Below are positions 28,993-38,000 of a stretch of DNA of 39,791 bases, one piece after another (position 1 is the first letter of the stretch; every line of letters starts with the position of its first letter). The notes beneath the pieces are model-generated. The model was not told where the DNA came from. It was given only the letters and a program-made list of their open reading frames with translations, and ran no database searches. Source of the DNA: Pseudobacteriovorax sp. (lineage in GTDB: Bacteria > Bdellovibrionota_B > Oligoflexia > Oligoflexales > Oligoflexaceae); the NCBI GenBank assembly GCA_050293845.1, contig JBNKNM010000030.1, positions 1 through 39,791 on the forward strand, written 5' to 3'. Both the position numbers and the translations under genes were made by a program.

Positions 28993-30993
28993 TTAGCAAT
29001 CATGGAGAATAAGGTCTTGGCTTACCAGAGTAAGGCTATTAAGGGCCCACTTCAGTTCCTCATCAGATATCGTCAAAGCAGGTAGAAAATAGATGGTGTT
29101 TCCCAGTGGCCTCAGGAAGAGTCCATGTTTGCGGGCGACTCCTTGGACCTTTTTCGCCAATGGATTAAAATACTCCCCTAGACCCGATCCAGGGATTTCA
29201 AAGGCTAATATGGCTCCTTCACAGCGAGCTTGTTCAAGCCCAAAGCGTTTTTCGTTTTGGGCAATCCATTGGGAAAAATGTTCTTCTATTTGCTGAGAAC
29301 GATCGATAAGTGCCATCTTGTGATATAGGTCAAGGGTGGCATTTGCTGCTGCACATGCTATGGCATTAGCGGTATAAGTATGCCCATGGTAAAGAGCTTT
29401 GGCGTGGTGATCATCAAAAAAGCTTTGGAAGATATTCTCAGTTGTCAGAGTGGCTGCTAGGGGTAAAGACCCACCTGTGAGCCCTTTAGCGATACAGACA
29501 ATATCGGGTTCTATACCTAATTTCAGAAAAGCAAAAAACTCTCCGCAGCGGCCGAGCCCCGTGAAAACTTCATCTAGGATTAAAGGTACCTGGTACTGAC
29601 GGCATAATTGAGCTAGATATCGCGTCCAGGTCGGGTCTTGCATATTCATGCCTGATGCTCCTTGCACCAAGGGCTCAATAATTACTCCGGCTAAAGAGTG
29701 ATGCTCTGTGGCAAAGAACTGTGCTAGCCGTTCCTGATTCTCTCCCATACTGGCTGCTCCCCTAGGGCAAACCGTAGATAGGTGTTTGGTTACAGGCTCC
29801 CAAGCCTTTGTCGGGAACATAAAAGATGTGAAAGGCTCGTGAAATTCCGAAGTCCCTCCTACAGACATAGCTCCAAAAGTGTCGCCGTGATAAGCGCCAC
29901 GCAGGGACAAGAAAGTTTTGCGGTGCCCTTCACCTCGATTGGCAGCGCTTTGAATGGCCATTTTTAGAGCAATTTCCACGGCGCATGAGCCATTATCCGA
30001 GTAAAAAACCCTGTTTAAGCTGTTGTGGCTGGCATCAGTTAAACGTTTGGCTAGTTTGGCAGCACCTGAGTGGGTGGCTCCAGCGAAGATGGTATGATCA
30101 AGGATTTGTTGCTGCCTATGAATGGCGCTACCCACATCAGGGTGTCCGTGGCCGATGGTATTAGCCCACCATGATGAGGTTCCATCAATTAACTTTTCTC
30201 CCTCTGCGGTGTGAAGATAGATTCCCGATGCTTTCACCAGCGGGATGGGAGCTGACATATTTTTATGTTGGGTATAGGGATGCCAGCAATGGTCCTGATC
30301 CCATTGCTGCCACAGCATATCCTGTTCGGCTTGCTGGCTTATAATATCGGTATATAGCTGGCTTGCGGCTTGCTTGAAAATTTTGCCATTGCTCCTGTCG
30401 ATTTGGTCTAGCGTGATGAATCGGAGATGTGGAAACAGACGCTGTAAAGACATTTCGTTTTGCTGATGGCGAGGACCGCTAAGCACCACTGCTACGATGG
30501 GAATTCCAGCATTTTCTAGAGCTTTGACGGTAAGGCTCGTGTGATTTAAGGTTCCCAGTGCGGAACCGGCCACCACTAATGCGGGGGATGCTGTGGCTTG
30601 CATGAAATCGAGCCATGTATGGTTGTCCTGGTTGAGGGGCACATAAATACCTCCCGCTCCTTCCATTACTAAAAATTCATGGTCATGCTGGTGCTTTCGC
30701 CAATCTTTTAGCAACCTTGTCATATTGGGAGCAGGCTTGTCCTCATATACAGCGGCCTGATCTGGGGATGCGGCTAGCTCGTAGGTATAAGACTCCTCAA
30801 GGGTATGCAAGGCTATTGGGCTTGTTCTGACGGTCGCAGAGTCTGAGCCCATGGCGACACCAGTTTGCACAGGCTTCCAGTAGGCTACTGGGCGCTGGTT
30901 TAAGGTGGCTCCATAGCACAAGGCTTGGGCTACTACTGTTTTGCCTACATCTGTACCAGTACCTGTTACAAATAACGATTTAAGGGGATGCAT
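28993..30993 (-). CDS. bioDA: Fused dethiobiotin synthetase / 7,8-diaminopelargonate aminotransferase (BioD-BioA)
   Basis: N-terminal GTGTDVGKT, WKPVQTG, EGAGG, LGTLNHT (BioD); C-terminal WHPYTQ, DGTSSWW, SDNGSCAVEIALK, YHGDT, DEVFTG, AKGLTGG (BioA); single open frame. Confidence 0.93.
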   Translation of the reverse strand: MHPLKSLFVTGTGTDVGKTVVAQALCYGATLNQRPVAYWKPVQTGVAMGSDSATVRTSPIALHTLEESYTYELAASPDQAAVYEDKPAPNMTRLLKDWRKHQHDHEFLVMEGAGGIYVPLNQDNHTWLDFMQATASPALVVAGSALGTLNHTSLTVKALENAGIPIVAVVLSGPRHQQNEMSLQRLFPHLRFITLDQIDRSNGKIFKQAASQLYTDIISQQAEQDMLWQQWDQDHCWHPYTQHKNMSAPIPLVKASGIYLHTAEGEKLIDGTSSWWANTIGHGHPDVGSAIHRQQQILDHTIFAGATHSGAAKLAKRLTDASHNSLNRVFYSDNGSCAVEIALKMAIQSAANRGEGHRKTFLSLRGAYHGDTFGAMSVGGTSEFHEPFTSFMFPTKAWEPVTKHLSTVCPRGAASMGENQERLAQFFATEHHSLAGVIIEPLVQGASGMNMQDPTWTRYLAQLCRQYQVPLILDEVFTGLGRCGEFFAFLKLGIEPDIVCIAKGLTGGSLPLAATLTTENIFQSFFDDHHAKALYHGHTYTANAIACAAANATLDLYHKMALIDRSQQIEEHFSQWIAQNEKRFGLEQARCEGAILAFEIPGSGLGEYFNPLAKKVQGVARKHGLFLRPLGNTIYFLPALTISDEELKWALNSLTLVSQDLILHDC

Positions 30994-32176
30994 AATAAGA
31001 AAAAACCTCTAGTAGCTGTATAAACTCTTTTTCCTGAATGCTGGCATTAAGTGACAATCGCAACCGGCATTGCCCTGGTGGCACAGTCGGGGGGCGGATA
31101 GCCCTCAGAATAATCCCCTTTCGATAGAATTTTTCCTCCCATTTTAGGGCATTTTCCTCGCTGCCTACGATGATGGGAACAATATGGGAGTTGCCATCGA
31201 GAATGGGCCAACCAGTTTTTTTTAGGTGTTGTCTCAGTTGCATACTATAGGCGTGCAGCTGCGCCCGCTCCCTCTCTAAACTAGGAAGAGCTGCGACTAC
31301 TTTTTGTAAAGCGGCAACAATCCAGGGGGAAGGGGCTGTGGTGTAAATAAAAGCCCTTGCATGATTGATCAGGAAGCTTCTGAGCCACGAGGGTCCAGCG
31401 ACAAATGCGCCCTGAGAACCTAAGGCTTTACCGCAGGGAAAGACCCCAATGATCTTAGACTTGTCTATATTGCTACTATAGAGAGAACCGCGACCTTGGG
31501 GACCATAGACACCTAGGGAGTGGGCTTCATCGACAACCAAAATTCCCCTGTTTTCTTGGGCGATTTGGCTCATTTTTGCTAGAGGAGCAAAATCGCCATC
31601 CATACTGAATAATGACTCTGTAAAAATAACATTGTAGTCAGCAGCTGACTCGTGCAGCAACGCCCCCAAATCGTCTAAGTCATTGTGACGGAAAATGTGT
31701 TTGCGATTGTCAGGGAAGCCAGCAATTTTTATCCCGTCAATAATACTAGCATGGTTGAGTTTATCTGAAAAAATAGCGGCGGATGGTGAATAAAGAGCAC
31801 GGGTCAGGGACTCGTTAGCAGCGTATCCCGATGGAAAAAAAAGCGCATCTTCAAAACCAACATAGGCGGCGAAAGCTTGCTCTAAGCTGCGCATGCTTTC
31901 CCATTCACCACCTAATAGCCGGCTCCCTCCGCTGCCAAAGGGGATATGGGCCAGTTGAGGGACGATCTCCTGTCTCAAAGCTGTGGCTTGTCGTAAGCCA
32001 AGATAGTCATTGTGGGTGAGGTCTAATTTTGTGTAGGGAAAGTTTAATGGACGCAGTTTGCGCAAGCGATTTTTGCGCTTTACTACGCCTAATTTGCGAG
32101 CTATTTGAGCGGCAAAGAAGTCCCAGCCCTCTGGTTTAGAGGGGGGGGGAAGCGTTGTTGGCCGGGTATCGATCAT
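30980..32176 (-). CDS. bioF: 8-amino-7-oxononanoate synthase
   Basis: [53 protein letters not shown]; start uncertain (41-bp overlap with bioB). Confidence 0.92.
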   Translation of the reverse strand: MIDTRPTTLPPPSKPEGWDFFAAQIARKLGVVKRKNRLRKLRPLNFPYTKLDLTHNDYLGLRQATALRQEIVPQLAHIPFGSGGSRLLGGEWESMRSLEQAFAAYVGFEDALFFPSGYAANESLTRALYSPSAAIFSDKLNHASIIDGIKIAGFPDNRKHIFRHNDLDDLGALLHESAADYNVIFTESLFSMDGDFAPLAKMSQIAQENRGILVVDEAHSLGVYGPQGRGSLYSSNIDKSKIIGVFPCGKALGSQGAFVAGPSWLRSFLINHARAFIYTTAPSPWIVAALQKVVAALPSLERERAQLHAYSMQLRQHLKKTGWPILDGNSHIVPIIVGSEENALKWEEKFYRKGIILRAIRPPTVPPGQCRLRLSLNASIQEKEFIQLLEVFSYYASP

Positions 32177-33179
32177 AAGAAGGTTCCGTACTTTGTTGCT
32201 GTGTGGCGACAGGTTTAAGACCCAATCTATTCAACAGGGTGCGGTCAGAGTCTTCACCGGGATTTGGAGTGGTTAATAGCCTATCCCCAGAAAAAATAGA
32301 GGAGGCACCCGCCAAAAAGCAGAGGGCTTGGGCTTCATCACTCATCTGCTTTCTTCCTGCAGACAGCCTTACGCGGCTATGAGGCATAATAATGCAGGCC
32401 GTGGCAATGGTTCTGACCATCTCGAATATGTCGATGTCCTGCTCCTCCGCAAGAGGAGTACCAGCAACTTTTACGAGCAGGTTGATGGGAACAGATTCGG
32501 GATGGGGTTGGAGACTCGCTAGTTGCCGTAGTAAGCCAATACGGTCTTGCTTAGACTCTCCCATACCTACAATGCCACCACAGCAGACAGTCATGCCAGC
32601 TTTTCTAACATGATCCAGAGTAGATAAGCGATCGTGATAGGTGCGGGTAGTGATGATATCTTTATAAAACTCAGGTGACGTGTCTAGATTGTGGTTGTAA
32701 GCGAATACACCAGCTCCGGCAAGCTGCTGGGCTTGCTCTTCATCCAGCATACCTAGGGTCGTACAGACTTCTAGCCCTAACTTACGAACCTCTTTAACAG
32801 CTTCTATGACACGATCAAATTGCGTGCCCTTTTTAGGAGGGCTACGCCATGCTGCACCCATGCAGAAGCGACTGGAACCACTTTCTTTGGCTGCTCGAGC
32901 TGCCGATTTTATCACCTCAACGTCGAGCAGGCCGTGGACATCCACATCCGTATTGTGATGCGCACTTTGGGGGCAGTAAGCGCAATTTTCTTTGCAACCA
33001 CCTGTCTTTATAGAAAGTAAGGTGCTTATCTGTACTTCATCGGCAGCAAAGTGAACCTGATGAACAGTTTGTGCTAGCTGAACAAGTTGCGTTAGCGGCA
33101 GGCTATAAATCTCCTCGATTTCTTTATCTGTAAAGTTATATCGGGGATTTCCACTAGCCAGTTCCTGCAAATTAAGCAT
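32136..33179 (-). CDS. bioB: Biotin synthase
   Basis: [15 protein letters not shown] radical-SAM motif, [46 protein letters not shown] before ATG 33179. Confidence 0.97.
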   Translation of the reverse strand: MLNLQELASGNPRYNFTDKEIEEIYSLPLTQLVQLAQTVHQVHFAADEVQISTLLSIKTGGCKENCAYCPQSAHHNTDVDVHGLLDVEVIKSAARAAKESGSSRFCMGAAWRSPPKKGTQFDRVIEAVKEVRKLGLEVCTTLGMLDEEQAQQLAGAGVFAYNHNLDTSPEFYKDIITTRTYHDRLSTLDHVRKAGMTVCCGGIVGMGESKQDRIGLLRQLASLQPHPESVPINLLVKVAGTPLAEEQDIDIFEMVRTIATACIIMPHSRVRLSAGRKQMSDEAQALCFLAGASSIFSGDRLLTTPNPGEDSDRTLLNRLGLKPVATQQQSTEPSYDRYPANNASPPL

Positions 33180-33192
33180 AATCACTCCTCAT

Positions 33193-33210
33193 ATACCAAA
33201 TATTTGGTAT
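33193..33210. promoter_or_regulatory. Perfect 18-bp palindrome ATACCAAATATTTGGTAT, candidate operator of the bio operon
   Basis: Exact inverted repeat 2 bp upstream of the bioB SD (33185-33190). Confidence 0.5.
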
Positions 33211-33359
33211 TATGCTAAACTTAACCACCTTTAATATTATAATTCGTATGAATTGGCGAGTGTTAATAGGTAAATCTAATGTCTCAGCTTTGACAGCCAT
33301 TATGCTTTGGTTGAGATATATTATACTAAAGGTGATTATCTAACTTCCAGGAGCTGAAC

Positions 33360-34220
33360 ATGATAGGTTCGCGAAGACCGATTAACTTGCTATTTTTACT
33401 TATTATGGGCTGTTTTTTGAGTTTTAGTTTGCTCCTGCAAGCTCAGGAGCCAGACTTAGCCCCTAAAAGCTCTATTGAGGATGTTACCCCGGTAATCGAT
33501 TTGCAGGAGACTTCCATTTTTGACCAGGCCATGCGTGGGGGATTTGTCGTTTTTTCTGTGCTTCTAGTGTTGATTCTGTTTTCCATATTAAGCTGGGCCG
33601 TTTTCATCACGAAATTCCTTTCACTACGTCGTATGGGAAGTACTAGTGAAGACTTTATAAGGAGCTTTTGGGATAGTCGGTCTTTAAATGATTTAAATAG
33701 TCGATTGGCTGAGTATCCCAATAGTCCCGCAAAAGAGGTTTTTAAATCCGGCTATGCTGAACTCGTAAGGGGGAGCCAACTGCGTGATCAAGCCAGCTCC
33801 TTGCAGTTGGCTGTCCAAGTTGCGGTGGAAAACATGGGTAGATCGCTCAGCAAAGCGAAGCGTTTAGAGCGTAAAAAAATGGAAAAAATGCTACCCCTTT
33901 TAGCTATTATCGCCTCGTCGAGCCCCTTTATCGGACTCTTTGGAACTGTTTGGGGTATCATGGGAGCCTTTGAAGGTATTGCTCGCTCAGGCAACGCAAG
34001 TTTAGCTGCCGTAGCGCCAGGAATATCAGAAGCTCTGATTGCCACCGCTTTTGGCTTAGCAGCTGCAATTCCTGCTGTTATCGGTTACAATACGGCAAAC
34101 GCTAAAATTAGAAGTATGACAACCAGTATAGATGGATTCACCATGGATTTTCTGAATATTGTGGAACGCTATTTAATAACCGAAAAAAAATCTAATCCAT
34201 CGGCAAACTCTCCCCTGTAA
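33360..34220 (+). CDS. tolQ: TolQ (MotA/TolQ/ExbB family)
   Basis: SPFIGLFGTVWGIM, VAPGISEALIATAFGL; first gene of a tolQRAB cluster. Confidence 0.9.
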   Translation: MIGSRRPINLLFLLIMGCFLSFSLLLQAQEPDLAPKSSIEDVTPVIDLQETSIFDQAMRGGFVVFSVLLVLILFSILSWAVFITKFLSLRRMGSTSEDFIRSFWDSRSLNDLNSRLAEYPNSPAKEVFKSGYAELVRGSQLRDQASSLQLAVQVAVENMGRSLSKAKRLERKKMEKMLPLLAIIASSSPFIGLFGTVWGIMGAFEGIARSGNASLAAVAPGISEALIATAFGLAAAIPAVIGYNTANAKIRSMTTSIDGFTMDFLNIVERYLITEKKSNPSANSPL

Positions 34221-34228
34221 GGTTTAAT

Positions 34229-34654
34229 ATGGAATTACAGATTGTAAAAGACTTGGAGCATGAGGAAGCCGATCAGATGGCAGATATCAATATCGTGCCT
34301 TTGGTTGATGTTATGCTAGTCTTGCTTATCATTTTTATGGTGACAGCACCGCTTTCCATAGGAGGAATCAGTGTGAGCTTACCTAAGAGTAAGGCGAGAA
34401 GTTCTCAAATTGCTGAAGATCGTGTGGTGCTTTCCATCAATAAATCTGGAAGCTACTACATCGAAAAAATGGAAGTCCAAGCCGCTGCCTTGGAGAGCAG
34501 GCTCAAAGCTATTTATGCTGTTCGAGAACAGAAAGACCTCTATATCCGAGCTGACAAAAAAGTTGTCTATGAAAAAGTTGTCAATGCTATGAGCGCAGCC
34601 AAGATTGCTGGAGTAGGACGGATAAGTATGCTTACTGAGCCTCCAAAGAGGTAA
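34229..34654 (+). CDS. tolR: TolR (ExbD/TolR family)
   Basis: DINIVPLVDVMLVLLIIFMVTAP, IRADK. Confidence 0.9.
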   Translation: MELQIVKDLEHEEADQMADINIVPLVDVMLVLLIIFMVTAPLSIGGISVSLPKSKARSSQIAEDRVVLSINKSGSYYIEKMEVQAAALESRLKAIYAVREQKDLYIRADKKVVYEKVVNAMSAAKIAGVGRISMLTEPPKR

Positions 34655-34664
34655 AGGAGGAGCT

Positions 34665-35531
34665 GTGAGATTTAACATTTCAGAGCAAGAAAGCTGGTGG
34701 GACCAAGAAAATCTGATTAAAGTCCTCATTGGAATATCTCTACTCGTGCATATTATGCTGTTCGTGTTTGGAAACAACTTCAGACTTTTTAGTCCAAGAA
34801 ACTTCACCGAAATAGCCATTGAGGCCGATTTAGTTACCGAAGCTGATCTTAAGCCAGCTTCTAAAACTGTGATACCTCAAGCGAAAGAAGCAGAGACTCC
34901 CGCAGTTCCATCCAATCTATTGCCGCAAGTTAATAAAGACTTTGCTATTAAGAAAAAACAAAGGGAAGAGGAAGGGATGATACCCGACAAAGATGCCGAA
35001 ACTGCGGAAATCGGGAGTGAAGTCAAGCCTGAGCAAAGCGAACTAGATAGTACCCTGCAAGACGATTCCCGTGCGACACAACTGGCGAAGCTAGAAGCTC
35101 TTAAGCGCATAGCTATGGAAAAATTACGAAAAGAGCAAAAAGAAAAATCCAATGAGCTGAGGGCCCATGAAGATGATAAGCTAGCCCAAGTCAAGGAGGC
35201 TTTACACAAAGAAGCAGGTTTGTCAAAAGATATTGGTGGTGGACTGTTGTCGCAAGCTGCTGGTCGCATGTACGTTAGTTATTTGTACCGTTCAATCCGT
35301 AAGAACTGGGCTCTACCTAAGACATTCCAATTGATTCGTAGCGACATGAAGGCTTCTTTGGATATCTCTATCAATGCTCGTGGAGAATTGGTATCTGTTA
35401 AAATCAACAAAGGTTCAGGAGATAGTACCTTTGATCAGTACTGTGTTGATGCCGTAAAAAACTCTTCACCATTTAAGGCTCCCCCCCAGGCACGGGTGGG
35501 CGAAGCGATTACCATTAACTGTATTCCTTGA
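34665..35531 (+). CDS. tolA: TolA-like energy transducer
   Basis: SLLVH TM motif, charged coiled region, C-terminal IRKNW...SGDSTFD...PFKAPP domain; position between tolR and tolB. Confidence 0.82.
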   Translation: MRFNISEQESWWDQENLIKVLIGISLLVHIMLFVFGNNFRLFSPRNFTEIAIEADLVTEADLKPASKTVIPQAKEAETPAVPSNLLPQVNKDFAIKKKQREEEGMIPDKDAETAEIGSEVKPEQSELDSTLQDDSRATQLAKLEALKRIAMEKLRKEQKEKSNELRAHEDDKLAQVKEALHKEAGLSKDIGGGLLSQAAGRMYVSYLYRSIRKNWALPKTFQLIRSDMKASLDISINARGELVSVKINKGSGDSTFDQYCVDAVKNSSPFKAPPQARVGEAITINCIP

Positions 35532-35534
35532 AAA

Positions 35535-36971
35535 GTGGATGAAAAGAACATGAGAATGAATTTTGCAATTTTAATGATGCTTACTATTACGGTTTTCATC
35601 GGGAACCCCGGGTACGCAGCAGCTTCCCTTATCGTCAATGTTGACAACCCCAGTTTTAGAAAGTTAGTGGTTGCTTTGCCGGCATTTGTTTTGGAATCGG
35701 GTAAAGATTCACCCATCGCTCAAGCCTTAGAAAAAAATGGCCAGAAAGAATTAAGCTATCTGTTGAATTTTTCAGGCTATTTCAATGTTGTTTCCCAGGA
35801 CGCCTACTCCGACTATGTTGGCAAGATGCTTAGTAAGTGGCGCGCCGGCAAGGGTTCACAATGGTTGACTGAAACCAGCACCCTAAGTGGTGAAGAAAGC
35901 GTGCAGTGGAAAGCCCTAAACATTGAATCTCTGACCTTGGCGAGCATTTCCATGGAGAAAAAAGATGTTGTTCTCACTATTAAGACTTTTGATATCAATC
36001 AGCGCAAGGAAATCATCGGTAAGCAGTTTCAAGGTGTAGTGAACTATCAAGATGTAATCCGTCGGTATGCAGATTTTCTGTTAGAAAAATATACCGGCAA
36101 ACCAGGTATATTCTCCAGTAAACTGGCTTTCGTCGGCAAGAGGAAAAAGGGAGATGCCAAGCAAATCTATATTTCGGATTTCGATGGATCTAACCTTCAA
36201 CAAATCACCACAGCAAAAGTACCTCATTTATCTCCAGCTTGGAGCCCGAATGGTCGCTATTTAGCTTATACATCCTTTGAAAAAGGGAGTGCTGATATCT
36301 TTGTTTATGACACCATAACCAAATCAAAGAGGCGGCTGACCTCACAGGTAGGGTTAAATAGCGGGGCTAACTGGAGTCCTGATGGTAAGAAGATTGCATT
36401 TACTAGTGCCAATAAGGGAGATACAGATATTTTTCTGATGTCCGCTGATGGTAGAAAAAAGCGAGTGATGATCAAAGGTTCGGGTCTCGATGTTGATCCG
36501 AAGTTCTCACCTAATGGAAAAATGATTGCGTTTGTGTCAGGTCGATACGGGAACCCTCACATATTTGTTGGCCAACTGTCTGCTGGAGGCCAAAATCCGC
36601 GGGTGATCAGTGACCGTCGTTTAACTTATGCTGGGTGGTACAACTCTACTCCAGATTGGTCGCCAGAATCAGACAAAATAGCTTTTGGGGGCTATGATAA
36701 AGATATTGATCGCTATGATATCTTTATGATGAATCCCGATGGGACCCAGCTGGAGCGATTGACCTTAAAAACTGGTGATAATGAAAGTCCTTCTTGGTCA
36801 CCCAATGGACAGATGATTGTATTCCAATCCAATCGCGTTGGTACCAGCAATATCAAAGGTCAAGCGGCCCTTTATTTGATGAACCGCGATGGGAGTTCAC
36901 AAAGGCGCTTGGAAATTCCTCTTTATGATATCCAAACGCCCGATTGGTCGGGCCCTCGAAAGTTTAACTAA
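35535..36971 (+). CDS. tolB: TolB (PD40 beta-propeller)
   Basis: Signal peptide, TGKPGIFSSKLAF, repeated SPAWSPNG/WSPDG blades. Confidence 0.92.
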   Translation: MDEKNMRMNFAILMMLTITVFIGNPGYAAASLIVNVDNPSFRKLVVALPAFVLESGKDSPIAQALEKNGQKELSYLLNFSGYFNVVSQDAYSDYVGKMLSKWRAGKGSQWLTETSTLSGEESVQWKALNIESLTLASISMEKKDVVLTIKTFDINQRKEIIGKQFQGVVNYQDVIRRYADFLLEKYTGKPGIFSSKLAFVGKRKKGDAKQIYISDFDGSNLQQITTAKVPHLSPAWSPNGRYLAYTSFEKGSADIFVYDTITKSKRRLTSQVGLNSGANWSPDGKKIAFTSANKGDTDIFLMSADGRKKRVMIKGSGLDVDPKFSPNGKMIAFVSGRYGNPHIFVGQLSAGGQNPRVISDRRLTYAGWYNSTPDWSPESDKIAFGGYDKDIDRYDIFMMNPDGTQLERLTLKTGDNESPSWSPNGQMIVFQSNRVGTSNIKGQAALYLMNRDGSSQRRLEIPLYDIQTPDWSGPRKFN

Positions 36972-36977
36972 GAACGC

Positions 36978-36998
36978 AATCGGGTATGGACTCCGATT
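36978..36998. terminator. Hairpin between convergent tolB and DUF1330 genes
   Basis: AATCGG...CCGATT inverted repeat; no clear U tract. Confidence 0.3.
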
Positions 36999-37012
36999 AT
37001 AGGGCTATCTTT

Positions 37013-37438
37013 CTAGATACCATGGGTCTCAGATATAGGTAGTAATCTGGAGTCACTTAGTGCCGCCGCGCGGTAGCCTATTCCAACCAGATAGTCCTTG
37101 TCACTGGCAAAGTTGAGAAAATCTTTGAGAGATCGTTGTGCAATTAACATGACAAAATCCCAAGTTTCTTCAGAAGGTCCAATAAAATACTCTTGCGATC
37201 GTCCCATAAACAATATTCTACCCCCAGCGGCTTCTAAAAAAGGTTGGCTACACTTGATATAGAGTTCGTAAGCTTCCTTTCCCGAGATGGGCTCTGGTGG
37301 GGTAAGCTCAGGATATTGAGTAAAATCAGCCTGAGGACGGAATTTTAGTAAATTGAGCATGACAACTGGCTTGCTCATATCGCCCGTAAAAAGTTTGCGG
37401 CCTGCTTCTTCTGTAGGATTTAGGAATGTTGGTCTCAT
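37013..37438 (-). CDS. DUF1330-like dimeric alpha-beta barrel protein
   Basis: PVVMLNLLKFR, SGKEAY..Y, GGRI, IGP..E.WD, R.AALSDSRL pattern. Confidence 0.8.
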   Translation of the reverse strand: MRPTFLNPTEEAGRKLFTGDMSKPVVMLNLLKFRPQADFTQYPELTPPEPISGKEAYELYIKCSQPFLEAAGGRILFMGRSQEYFIGPSEETWDFVMLIAQRSLKDFLNFASDKDYLVGIGYRAAALSDSRLLPISETHGI

Positions 37439-37440
37439 GA

Positions 37441-37881
37441 TCAGTTCCCCTGTTTTAGTTTGTGGGATAACTTTTTAAACAGCCTTTTTCCCGCTTCGGG
37501 ATTTTTAGGGGCGGACCAATCATCACCAACAAGAACGAGGTCTGAATCATCGAGAAAGATTCCCAACATTTGAATATCGTAAGCCCCACAAATAAAGTAT
37601 TGGTGTCCGTAGGGTATGAGAAATTCACCGTCCTTAAGGCTAGCCTTGGCTTCTTCATAGGAGCTGTGCCATTTTTTGGGATAAGAGCTTAAATGATTAT
37701 TGGCGATAGATTCAAACATTTCATGCTCTTCCAAGTGGCTTTTCATCGCTTGCCAGGATGAATACCCCGAGGCTTTAGCTAAAATATGGTATGCTTCCTT
37801 AAGCTTGATCGCGATACCGGATTTTTTCTTCTGTTTTTGCAGTAATTTAGCTTTGATTTTGAGGGATGTAATCCGAGACAT
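37441..37881 (-). CDS. Hypothetical protein with basic N-terminal helical domain (A...LA...GY.SW..MK motif)
   Basis: ATG 37881 with GGAG SD 6 nt upstream; LKIKAKLLQK...LKEAYHILAKASGYSSWQAMK resembles the so-called glyoxalase-superfamily N-terminal helical domain. Confidence 0.7.
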   Translation of the reverse strand: MSRITSLKIKAKLLQKQKKKSGIAIKLKEAYHILAKASGYSSWQAMKSHLEEHEMFESIANNHLSSYPKKWHSSYEEAKASLKDGEFLIPYGHQYFICGAYDIQMLGIFLDDSDLVLVGDDWSAPKNPEAGKRLFKKLSHKLKQGN

Positions 37882-37884
37882 AAG

Positions 37885-38000
37885 AAACTCCATTGCTTCA
37901 CTACCAAGGGCCCGCTGTTTGGTAAACAATTGAGTTCAGTAACTAATCAGTTGCGGAGTGAGGTACTCTTTGGCGGGTAAGGCGACTCCGACAGCCTTCC
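37885..38000 (-). ncRNA. Candidate structured cis-regulatory leader RNA
   Basis: Stem CGGAGU/ACUCCG; long hairpin GAACUC-AUUGUUU-ACCAA/UUGGU-AAGCAAU-GAGUUU covering the SD; complementary loop segments CCCGC/GCGGG. Confidence 0.55.

Noticed and set aside
33211..33359. BirA operator or sigma70 promoter (TTGACA at 33290), and an imperfect ATGTCTCAGCT/GGTTGAGATAT repeat
   Set aside because: No properly spaced BirA arms; no good -10 box at 17 bp; the repeat needs several mismatches or wobble pairs
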